A stretch of DNA of 62,289 nucleotides, filler included. It is 4 parts of 4 records of this genome, joined end to end, with 100 filler letters (N's around TTAATTAATTAA, not from the genome) between each part and the next. Parts side by side here need not be neighbours in the genome. Positions count along the whole stretch, not along the records: positions 37,705 to 55,547 come from SRR20825019_2092; positions 55,648 to 62,289 come from SRR20825019_2109; 2 more parts are not named here. One strand, written 5' to 3'. Both the position numbers and the translations under genes were made by a program. This document shows positions 54,301 through 62,289 of the stretch, in pieces. The notes beneath the pieces are model-generated. The model searched no databases and was not told where the DNA came from. It saw only the letters and a program-made list of their open reading frames with translations. Positions within the stretch are counted from its first letter, which is position 1; every line of letters begins with the position of its first letter.

Positions 54301-55547
54301 AGCAGCTCCCAGAGGATAGCCAACGGTTTGGTGTCGCTGATGACAGCTTCCAGGTCGTCCAACGTGCTGCCAAGGGCTGCAGCTCCCGTAACACCATTGC
54401 CCTGCTGTGTACTGATGCCGTCGTTATGGAGATTGACAACCAGGGTGGTAGCAGTGGTGCCGCGGCCACAATCCGCCGTACCAGCTCCGCCTCTGCTATG
54501 AGGAGGTCCAGCTCACTAGCCACCCTCCGCCTCACCACAATTGGTGCCGCCGTGGTCGCCGAGCGCCATTCCAACACCTCCTCACAGCAACACCAGGGTG
54601 GAGCAGGTGTCGTTGTTACCCAGCTGGAGTCGTACCTAGAAGGCATTGAGGATATATTGGTACAGTGCGAGAAGGCGCTGGCCGACTACCTTGAGACCAA
54701 GAGGAAGCTTTTCCCACGTTTCTTCTTTGTGTCGTCAGCCGATCTGGTGGATATTCTCTCCAAGGGCTCCAACCCTCGTGCCGTCATGACCCACATGAGC
54801 AAAATTATCGATTCCACGGAGACGTTCCACTTCGACGGTAATGACTCCTCCAGCCCTGTCGGCACGGCCATCCTACGCCAACAGCAGGGCCTTCATGTTT
54901 TTGAGAACACTGCTGGCTCTGCTATGCTTGCCGCAGCTGCTGCTGGAGCAGTGGTCCCTACTTCCAACAATTCCAAGGGTGTTTGGGCGATGGAAAGCGT
55001 CCAGGGGGAATTGGTGCGGCTCGAGGAGGAGTACATCTGCGAGGGGCCAGTAGAGGGGTGGATGGATGGTTGTGTACGGGCCATGCAGCGTGCTATGCGC
55101 ATGCACATCGGTGAGGCTCATAGTGGATATACTGACCGCCCTCGTCATGAGTGGATGTATATGTACCCCTGTCAGGCCGTCATTGTGGCATCCAGGTCCT
55201 ACTTCACTGCCGAGACCACCCAGGCCTTCCAAATGATTGAAGACGGAAACGATCAGGCCATGAAGGATCTTTCCAAACAGCTCAGGGGGCAGCTGGATAC
55301 CCTCATCAAGGAGGTACTAACCCCGAAGGACGGCAACACTCGCCGCATGCTGGTTCATCTCATTACTATAGATGTACATAACCGTGACATTGTCCAGGGT
55401 CTCGTAGATGAGCGTATCGAGTCCTCTGAGTCGTTCGTCTGGCAGTCGCAGCTCCGGTACTACTGGGACAATAAGAAGGGATCTGAGATCCGCATCGCCG
55501 ATGCCGAGTTTACAAATGGATACGAGTACATCGGCCTCTGCGGTTGC
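48375..55547 (+). CDS. Axonemal dynein heavy chain (outer-arm type), 3'-truncated before AAA1
   Basis: DHC_N1 (GPLEEIVFWEEK, WKFQNQLLFSRLD, VNFDP), DHC_N2 (LRSPAMRDRHW, YLETKRKLFPRFFFVS, LITIDVHNRDIV, FVWQSQLRYYW, GYEYIG). Confidence 0.93.
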
Positions 55548-55647
55548 NNNNNNNNNNNNNNNNNNNNNNNNNNNNNNNNNNNNNNNNNNNNTTAATTAAT
55601 TAANNNNNNNNNNNNNNNNNNNNNNNNNNNNNNNNNNNNNNNNNNNN
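55548..55647. other. Artificial contig-joining spacer
   Basis: 44 N + TTAATTAATTAA + 44 N. Confidence 0.98.
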
Positions 55648-56425
55648 CGTCGGCGATCAGCAGGATATCGTGCTTTTTCAGCACGTCCTGGATGGCTTCC
55701 CAGTAGCCGGCAGGCGGCGGCACGATACCGCCGGTGCCAAGGACCGGTTCGCCGATGAAGGCCGCGATGGTGTCGGCGCCTTCTCGTTCTATCATGGCTT
55801 CGAGCTCGCGGGCGCAATGCGCGACGAAGTCTTCTTCCGACATCGTCAGGTCGTCGCGGCGGTAATAATAGGGCGCCTCGGTGTGGATGACGGTGTTGAG
55901 CGGCAGGTCGAACTTGTTGTGAAACAGTTCAAGCCCGGTCAATGAACCGGTCATCAGGCCCGAGCCGTGATAGCCGCGCCAGCGGGAGATGATCTTCTTC
56001 TTCTCGGGGCGGTCGAGGATGTTGTTGTAGTACCAGACCAGCTTGATGTTGGTCTCGTTGGCATCCGAACCCGACAGGCCGAAATAGACGCGGCTCATGT
56101 TCTCTGGCGCGCGGTCGATGATCATCTTTGCGAGCGTCACCGAGGCTTCGGTGCCGTGGCCGACATAGGAGTGGTAGTAGGCCAGCTCCCTGGCTTGCTC
56201 GGCAATGGCATCGGCGACTTCGCGGCGGCCGTAGCCGATATTGACGCAGTAGAGGCCGGCGAACGCGTCGAGCAGCCTGTTGCCCTCGCGGTCCGAGATA
56301 TGGACTCCTTCGCCACCGGTGATGATCCGGTTCTTCATTTCACCACGGGCGAACTGGCCCAAATGGGTCGAGGGGTGGAAGAAGTGGTCGTGATCCCACT
56401 GGTCAAGCTGGTCGTTGCGAAGCAT
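55648..56425 (-). CDS. doeD: Class III PLP aminotransferase (diaminobutyrate transaminase of ectoine catabolism), 3'-truncated
   Basis: MLRNDQLDQWD..FFHPSTHL, LDAFAGLYCVNIGYG, GLSGSDANET, GYHGS, FIGEPVLGTGG; RBS AAAGGA; ectoine-cluster context. Confidence 0.85.
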
Positions 56426-56470
56426 CGGCTTTCCTTTCGATTATCGTTGTTGTGCGGTTCCGCCGCGGGC

Positions 56471-57961
56471 TCAGGCCCAGTCGCGGCAGACATATTTGAC
56501 TTCGGTGAAGGCTTCCATGCCGAGACGCGAACCTTCGCGTTCGACGCCGGACTGTTTCATGCCGCCAAAGGGTATCGGCGCGCCGGTGACCTTGGTGCGG
56601 TTGACGGCGACCATGCCGAACTGCAGCGCCCGGCTGGCGCGGTAGATGCGGCGCGGGTCCTGCGTGTGAAGATAGGCGACGAGGCCGTATTCGGTGTCGT
56701 TGGCGCGGGCGATGGCCTCCTCTTCGGTGTCGAAGGGAGCGATCGCGGCCACAGGGCCGAATGTCTCCTCGTGCATGATGAGGGCATCGGCGGGCACATC
56801 GGCAAGCACCGTCGGCTCGAAGAAGAGATCGCCGGCCTCGTGACCCTTTCCGCCGGTCAGCACGCGCGCGCCTTTCCTGACGGCGTCCTCGACATGGTGG
56901 CGCTGTTTGGCAACGGCCTTTTGGTTCATCAGCGGGCCGATATCGGGATCGTCCATGCCGATGCCGACCGACAGCATGGCGGTGCGGGCGGCGAATTTCT
57001 CGCAGAAGGTCTCATAGACCGACCGTTCCACGAAAAAGCGGTTGGCGCCAAGGCAATCCTGGCCCGAGGTTGCGAACTTGGCCTTGATCGCTCCGGCGAC
57101 GGCCTGATCCATGTCGGCATCGGCAAACAGAATGAAAGGCGCGTGGCCGCCGAGTTCGAGCACAAGGCGCTTAACGGTGTCGGCGGAGCGCCGGTAGAGA
57201 TGCTTGCCGATGTCGGTGGAGCCGGTGAAGGACAGCGCGCGAACACGGGTATCGTTGAGCCAGGGCTCGACGATCGTGGCGGCATCCCCGGTGACGACGT
57301 TGAAGACGCCGGCGGGAAGACCTGCGCGTTCCGCGAGCTCGGCCAATGCTAGGGCGGAGAAGGGGGTCTCGGCGGAGGGATGAACAAGCACGGTGCAGCC
57401 GGCGGCAAGGGCTGCTGCCGCCTTGCGGGTGATCATCGCCGAGGGGAAGTTCCACGGCGTGATAAGCGCTGCGACGCCGAGCGGCTCGCGCCATACCTCT
57501 ACTTCGGCATCGGGCAGGTGCGAGGTCACGCTCTCTATGTTGGGGCGCTTGGCTTCCTCGGCGTAGAACTCGATGAAGGCCGCTGCATAGTCGATCTCGC
57601 CGCGTGCTTCCGAGATCGGCTTGCCCTGTTCGAGCACCATGATGCGGGCCAGATCCTCGCGGTGTTCGCCCATCAACGCGAACCAGCGCCGCAGGATCGT
57701 CGAGCGCTTCTGTGGCAGGAGGGATGCCCATTCGGGGAAGGCCGTCTGCGCGGCGTCGATCGCGGCGGCGCTGTCGTCACTGCTCAGCGCTGCGATTTCG
57801 CCGACCTCGGAGCCGTCAGCCGGGTTGGTCACGCTGAGCGTTGCGCCGTCGGTCGCCGCCGTCCACTTTCCGTCAATGTATGAGAAGCTGCGCAGGAGTC
57901 TGGGATCGTCGAGACGGGACATGTCCGGACGGTCGATATCGATGCGGTGCGCTTCTGCCAT
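56471..57961 (-). CDS. doeC: NAD(P)-dependent semialdehyde dehydrogenase (DoeC/Ssd, GabD-like ALDH)
   Basis: ITPWNFP, SFTGST, LELGGHAP, GQDC (catalytic Cys), EETFGP, PFGGMKQSG; lies between doeX and doeD. Confidence 0.85.
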   Translation of the reverse strand: MAEAHRIDIDRPDMSRLDDPRLLRSFSYIDGKWTAATDGATLSVTNPADGSEVGEIAALSSDDSAAAIDAAQTAFPEWASLLPQKRSTILRRWFALMGEHREDLARIMVLEQGKPISEARGEIDYAAAFIEFYAEEAKRPNIESVTSHLPDAEVEVWREPLGVAALITPWNFPSAMITRKAAAALAAGCTVLVHPSAETPFSALALAELAERAGLPAGVFNVVTGDAATIVEPWLNDTRVRALSFTGSTDIGKHLYRRSADTVKRLVLELGGHAPFILFADADMDQAVAGAIKAKFATSGQDCLGANRFFVERSVYETFCEKFAARTAMLSVGIGMDDPDIGPLMNQKAVAKQRHHVEDAVRKGARVLTGGKGHEAGDLFFEPTVLADVPADALIMHEETFGPVAAIAPFDTEEEAIARANDTEYGLVAYLHTQDPRRIYRASRALQFGMVAVNRTKVTGAPIPFGGMKQSGVEREGSRLGMEAFTEVKYVCRDWA

Positions 57962-58111
57962 GTCTCTCTCCCGTTTTGTCCGTGACGGATCGCCGCCCTG
58001 GTGGGGCGATCGGATGCGTCGAGACTATCGGGTGGCTGGCAGTCGGATCCTCTTATCGCGACCTCTCGGGTAGAGGATTCCTCTTCTTTGCGGGGTCGAA
58101 AGGGAGAGAAA

Positions 58112-58600
58112 TCACCCCTTGCCGCGTGGCGGCAGCAGGACCTCGAAGGGAACGCGGCCGGATTTGACGGGCTTGGTGACGATATAGGTGAAGTAGCGCG
58201 CAAAGCCCGCGCCTTCGCCGAGCAGCTGGTCGACCATGCGCTGGTAGGTGTCGATGTCCCTGCAGACGACATGCAGCAGATAATCGTAGCCGCCGCCCAG
58301 CGCCCAGCAATTGACGATCTCGTCGTAGCGTTCTACAGCTCGCTCGAAACCCTGCATGGTTTCGACCCGGTGATTTTCGAGTTCCGCCATTAAGAAGACG
58401 TCCACATGGGCGGCAATTTTCTTCAGGCTGATTTCTGCACGGTAGGCAGAAATGATGCCTGCCTTCTCCAGCCGCTGAAGCCGTTCCCAACAGGGCGTGG
58501 CCGACAGGGAAACGCGCTTGGCGAGCTCCGTCTTGGAGATGCGTCCCTCGCGGTCGAGAACGGACAGGATCTTGATATCGCGGTCGTCGAGCTTGATCAT
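58112..58600 (-). CDS. doeX: Lrp/AsnC-family regulator of ectoine catabolism
   Basis: LDDRDIKIL..GRISKTELAKRVSLSATPCWERLQRLEKAGII, GGGYDYLL, YFTYIVTK. Confidence 0.85.
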   Translation of the reverse strand: MIKLDDRDIKILSVLDREGRISKTELAKRVSLSATPCWERLQRLEKAGIISAYRAEISLKKIAAHVDVFLMAELENHRVETMQGFERAVERYDEIVNCWALGGGYDYLLHVVCRDIDTYQRMVDQLLGEGAGFARYFTYIVTKPVKSGRVPFEVLLPPRGKG

Positions 58601-58663
58601 AGCGGGTTTCCACAGATAGGTGCGGGGCTTGTCAATTGTCCCTTTTTCGGGTCACACTAAATC

Positions 58664-60052
58664 ATGACAATATGGCCTCCACAACCCGGGTCGCTTCGTC
58701 GTCCCGCCTATCGTTCGCTGGCCGACGCGGTTATGCAAGCAATCGAAAGCGGTCAGCTCAAGCATGGTGACCGTCTCCCCACCCATCGCAATCTCGCCTA
58801 CGATCTGGGGCTGAGCGTGCAGACGGTGGGGCGCGCTTATGACGAACTGATCAGGCGCGGCGTCATCACCGGCGAGGTGGGGCGCGGCACCTTCGTGCGC
58901 GCCACCCGCAACGAGACCCGCACACCCTATCTGCCGCGTAATCCGGACGGCCGGATGATCGATTTGTCGCTGCTGAAACCGGTGCTCGAGCCTATGCATG
59001 CTGAGTTGATGAAGCAGGCGCTGAGGGATCTCGCCGACAATCTGCCAACAACGATCTACGCGTCGTTCAGGCCTGCCACCGCGCTCGGGAAGTACCGCGA
59101 AAACGCCATCAAGTGGCTGAGGCATTGCGGAATCGAACTGCAATCGCAGGGACTTATGATCACCAACGGGTCGAGCCCCTCGATGGCGCTGGCGGTCCTG
59201 ACCGCGGCCAAAGGCGGAGACCTGATCGCAGCCGAGACACTCACGCATCATACGCTCAAGCCCCTTGCCGGCTATCTCGGCTATCGCCTTCGCGGCGTGC
59301 CGTCCGATGACCAGGGCATGATCCCCGAAGCGCTTGAACGGTTGAGCCTGCGCGAGACCGTTCGCGCAGTCTACCTGATGCCCGCAGGCCTTGGTCCTCA
59401 GGCCCGGATCATGCCGGAAGAACGGCGTCGCGCGCTCGTCGATGTCGCCCGGCAACGGGATATCATCATCATCGAGAACGATGCCTGGGGGCCAATGCAG
59501 GTCAATCGTCCGGCACCGATCGCCAACATGGCGCCTGAGCGGACCTTTTATTTTACCGGGCTGACAAAATGCGTCATGCCGGGCCTGCGGCTGGGCTTTC
59601 TTGTGATGCCCGAGGCGCTGGAGGCCGCGACTGCCAACCGCCATCTCGTTGTCAACTGGATGGCAACACCCATGCTTGCGGAAATAGCCGCACGTTGGAT
59701 AGAGGACGGCACCGCCGAGAAGCTGACACGCTACCAGGCCGAGGCCTTCGCCAAACGCAACCGGCTGGCCGAGATCATTCTGGCGGGCGTCCCCTTCAGG
59801 TCCTCGCCGAACGGCATGCATATCTGGTTGCCGATGCCTCCCGGCTGGGGCGAGGACGATTTCGTCTCCCATGCCCGCCAGCAGGGCGTTGCGGTTGCGC
59901 CAGGAGGCGCGTTCGCGGTTGCCGATGATCATCCGGAGCCGGCGGTGCGCGTGTGCCTCGGAGGGCAGTCGATCGAGACGCTGGACAGTGGTCTGAGGGT
60001 CATCGGTCGGATTATCCGGAGCCAATTCGAACCGGCGCTCTTGACCAATTAG
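58664..60052 (+). CDS. enuR: MocR/GabR-family PLP-dependent regulator (EnuR/EhuR)
   Basis: GntR wHTH (GDRLPTHRNLAYDLGLSVQTVGRAY, GEVGRGTFV) plus aminotransferase domain (IIENDAWG, TGLTKCVMPGLRLG with the PLP lysine). Confidence 0.88.
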   Translation: MTIWPPQPGSLRRPAYRSLADAVMQAIESGQLKHGDRLPTHRNLAYDLGLSVQTVGRAYDELIRRGVITGEVGRGTFVRATRNETRTPYLPRNPDGRMIDLSLLKPVLEPMHAELMKQALRDLADNLPTTIYASFRPATALGKYRENAIKWLRHCGIELQSQGLMITNGSSPSMALAVLTAAKGGDLIAAETLTHHTLKPLAGYLGYRLRGVPSDDQGMIPEALERLSLRETVRAVYLMPAGLGPQARIMPEERRRALVDVARQRDIIIIENDAWGPMQVNRPAPIANMAPERTFYFTGLTKCVMPGLRLGFLVMPEALEAATANRHLVVNWMATPMLAEIAARWIEDGTAEKLTRYQAEAFAKRNRLAEIILAGVPFRSSPNGMHIWLPMPPGWGEDDFVSHARQQGVAVAPGGAFAVADDHPEPAVRVCLGGQSIETLDSGLRVIGRIIRSQFEPALLTN

Positions 60053-60141
60053 GGCGGCCGCCTGCTACCGACCTCCTCGTTCCACGATCATGCCAAGTCT
60101 ACCGGGGCGATCGGGTCTGTGTGCCGTTGGGCCTGGTCTGC

Positions 60142-60212
60142 AATTGTAATGATTTAATATAATTATTGACTCTAAATTGTCATTGTTTCACCGTTACAAA
60201 ATCAGAACAATA
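60142..60212 (+). promoter_or_regulatory. AT-rich promoter/operator of the TRAP operon with ATTGT/ACAAT half-sites
   Basis: TTGACT (-35-like) at 60166-60171; ATTGT at 60143, 60176 and 60182; ACAAT at 60207, within an otherwise high-GC contig. Confidence 0.6.
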
Positions 60213-60366
60213 ATAAATCAGGGCGGGAACACCGGCACGATCAATTCGGATCGTCGAAGCCGGAGACAGCGCAGACCGAATTCAAGGCAATATTCCTACC
60301 CGGTATCGCCGTGGCAGGCCGATACGCCATTGCGGTCGCGCACCAACACAATGGGAGTAACCATTT

Positions 60367-61389
60367 ATGCGCATCACCAAGCAAATCCTTTTCAGTTCCA
60401 TTGCTGCGACTGTGATCACTGTCGCCGGTATCGGTACTGCACATGCAGCCAACTGGAAGTATGCCTTCGAGGAATCCATGGACGAGGTGCAGGGCAAGTA
60501 TGCCCAGAAGTTCAAGGAAGTGATCGAGGCCAATTCCGATCACGAGATCCAGCTCTTCCCGTTCGGAACCCTCGGCGAATCCGCGGACATCATGGAACAG
60601 GCGCAGTCCGGCATTCTTCAGTTCGTTGACCAGTCGCCTGGCTTCACCGGTTCGCTGATTCCGGAAGCCCAGGTCTTCTTCGTGCCGTACCTGCTGCCGA
60701 CCGACCAGGAGCAGCTTGCGCGTTTCTACAAGGACTCCAAGGCCGTCAACGAGATGTTCCCCGAGCTCTATGCCGAGCAGGGTCTTGAGCTCCTCACGAT
60801 GTTCCCCGAAGGCGAAGTCGCCATGACCACCAAGGAGCCGGTGGAATCCTGCGCCGACCTCGAAGGCGTGAAATTCCGCGTCATGACCAACCCGCTGCTG
60901 GTTGAGAGCTACAAGGCATTCGGCGCGACGCCGACTCCGCTGCCCTGGGGCGAGGTCTATGGTTCGCTGCAGACGAACATCATTCAGGGCCAGGAAAACC
61001 CGACCTTCTTCCTGTATTCGACGAAGCTCTACGAGGTGACAGACTACATCACCTATGCCGGCCACAACAACTTCACCACTGCAGTGATGGCCAACAAGGA
61101 CTTCTTCGACGGACTGGGCGAGGAAGACCAGACGCTCATCGAGAAGGCCTCGAGTGAAGCCTACGACTACATCGTCGACTACCAGAAGGGTCTGGCCGAT
61201 TCCGAGCTGAAGAAGATCACGGACGCCAAGCCCGAGATGACGGTGACGGTGCTCAATGAAGAGCAGCGCAAGTGCTTCATGGAAGCCGCCGCGGACGTGG
61301 AAGCGACCTTCATCGAGATGACCGGCGATTCCGGCAAGAAAATTCTCGACCAGATGAAGGCCGATCTGAAGGCTGCCGAAGAAGGCTAA
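60367..61389 (+). CDS. uehA: TRAP transporter substrate-binding protein for ectoine/hydroxyectoine (UehA/TeaA)
   Basis: Signal peptide ..AHA|ANWKYAFEE..EVQ, GESADIMEQ, QSPGFTGSLIP, FPEGEV, FRVMTNPLL, LPWGEVY, GQENP. Confidence 0.88.
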   Translation: MRITKQILFSSIAATVITVAGIGTAHAANWKYAFEESMDEVQGKYAQKFKEVIEANSDHEIQLFPFGTLGESADIMEQAQSGILQFVDQSPGFTGSLIPEAQVFFVPYLLPTDQEQLARFYKDSKAVNEMFPELYAEQGLELLTMFPEGEVAMTTKEPVESCADLEGVKFRVMTNPLLVESYKAFGATPTPLPWGEVYGSLQTNIIQGQENPTFFLYSTKLYEVTDYITYAGHNNFTTAVMANKDFFDGLGEEDQTLIEKASSEAYDYIVDYQKGLADSELKKITDAKPEMTVTVLNEEQRKCFMEAAADVEATFIEMTGDSGKKILDQMKADLKAAEEG

Positions 61390-61425
61390 GCCCCCATGCG
61401 TCCGGACTAATCATCAGGAACAGGA

Positions 61426-61449
61426 CCGGGCGGGTTGCAGCCCGCCCGG
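61426..61449 (+). terminator. Intercistronic stem-loop (partial terminator or mRNA stabiliser) after the binding-protein gene
   Basis: CCGGGCGGGT-TGCA-GCCCGCCCGG, followed by CATCTTTC. Confidence 0.6.
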
Positions 61450-61476
61450 CATCTTTCAGGATCGGGAACATATGAG

Positions 61477-62061
61477 ATGACCGACAGCGGCGACGACAGT
61501 ATTGACCGGCATGAGTCCAGCCTGCCCGGCGTTCTGGGTGTGATCGACACGACCATCAGCCGGATCGAATCCTTCTTTCTCGCCACGGGCGTCCTGCTGA
61601 TGGCACTGAACACGGTCGCCAATGTCGTGGGCCGTTTCGCATTTCAGCAAAGCCTGTTCTTCTCCGAAGAACTCAATCGCATTCTCATCATTCTCATTAC
61701 ATTCGCAGGCATCTCCTATGCTGCGCGGCACGGACGCCACATCCGAATGTCGGCGATCTACGATGCCCTGCCGAGCAATGTCCGCAAGCCGCTGATGATA
61801 GCCATCGCGCTGGTGACCGCGCTGTTCATGTTCGGGCTTTGCTATTACTCGATTGGCTACCTCCTGACGCAGGCATCGCGCGGCCGTGTGCTTCCCGCCC
61901 TTCAGATTCCCGTCTGGATCACCCTCGTCTGGGTGCCGATCGGCTTCTTCATGACCGGTGCGCAATATCTGCTGACCGCCATCAAGAACATGACGTCGCG
62001 GGACATCTATCTCTCGACCAGTGTGCTCGAGGGATACGAAGAAGACGAGCAAGAGATCTGA
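61477..62061 (+). CDS. uehB: TRAP small permease (UehB/TeaB, DctQ family)
   Basis: [31 protein letters not shown], four TM helices. Confidence 0.88.
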   Translation: MTDSGDDSIDRHESSLPGVLGVIDTTISRIESFFLATGVLLMALNTVANVVGRFAFQQSLFFSEELNRILIILITFAGISYAARHGRHIRMSAIYDALPSNVRKPLMIAIALVTALFMFGLCYYSIGYLLTQASRGRVLPALQIPVWITLVWVPIGFFMTGAQYLLTAIKNMTSRDIYLSTSVLEGYEEDEQEI

Positions 62062-62071
62062 GGACGGTATC

Positions 62072-62289
62072 ATGGCAGCTACAATTTTCATCGCGATGAT
62101 CGTCCTCCTGCTTCTGGGTTTCCCGATGATGATCCCGCTCATCGTCGGCGCCTTCATCGGGTTCTTCACGATGTTCGGCGGAATGGGGCAGATGGAAACC
62201 ATGGTCCAGCAGATGCTGGCGGGCATCCGTCCGGCGTCCCTGATCGCGGTTCCGATGTTCATCTTCGCCGCCGACATCATGACGCGCGG
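62072..62289 (+). CDS. uehC: TRAP large permease (UehC/TeaC, DctM family), truncated by window end
   Basis: GAGG RBS then MAATIFIAMIVLLLLGFPMMIPL..QQMLAGIRPASLIAVPMFIFAADIMTR (absent from the ORF track because no stop is reached). Confidence 0.85.
   Translation, partial: MAATIFIAMIVLLLLGFPMMIPLIVGAFIGFFTMFGGMGQMETMVQQMLAGIRPASLIAVPMFIFAADIMTR

Noticed and set aside
19198..55647. Eukaryote-bacterium juxtaposition as horizontal transfer; TTAATTAATTAA as a biological repeat
   Set aside because: Identical 100-bp N/stop-codon spacers mark artificial joins of separate contigs, so adjacency across them has no biological meaning
55967..60025. Long antisense ORFs (461 aa at 55967-57352, 457 aa at 58652-60025)
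   Set aside because: Shadow ORFs on the opposite strand of high-GC3 genes doeD/doeC and enuR
1..62289. CRISPR arrays, tRNA/rRNA genes, transposases or integrases
   Set aside because: No regularly spaced repeat-spacer array, cloverleaf, rRNA-like block or transposase motif was recognised by eye; a covariance-model scan would be needed to exclude small RNAs

Overview
The window is four unrelated contigs joined by artificial 100-bp spacers (44 N + TTAATTAATTAA + 44 N) at 19198-19297, 37605-37704 and 55548-55647. (1) 1-19197: a gene-dense eukaryote (protist-like, lineage not assignable by eye) with very short GT-AG introns (mostly ~40-60 bp). Genes alternate in convergent pairs, and very GC/CpG-rich islands lie only at gene 5' ends. 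It encodes a degenerate RecD2/HELB-like helicase, a TPR protein, a 2063-aa tandem-LRR multipass membrane protein, a PX-domain protein and a signal-peptide-bearing protein kinase. (2) 19298-37604 and (3) 37705-55547: intronless, single-strand gene arrays typical of a kinetoplastid (bodonid-like). Contig 2 has an EF-hand protein, CFAP45, a RabX1-like GTPase, a caveolin-resembling 174-aa protein and a DGF-1-like surface protein. Contig 3 has a DHHC palmitoyltransferase, an NDUFAF7-type methyltransferase, kinetoplastid-type HMG-CoA synthase, transportin and an axonemal dynein heavy chain. (4) 55648-62289: a high-GC bacterial (alphaproteobacteria-like) ectoine/hydroxyectoine uptake and catabolism locus, with doeX-doeC-doeD divergent from enuR and TRAP uehABC/teaABC. 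All family calls come from motif recognition by eye, not database searches.
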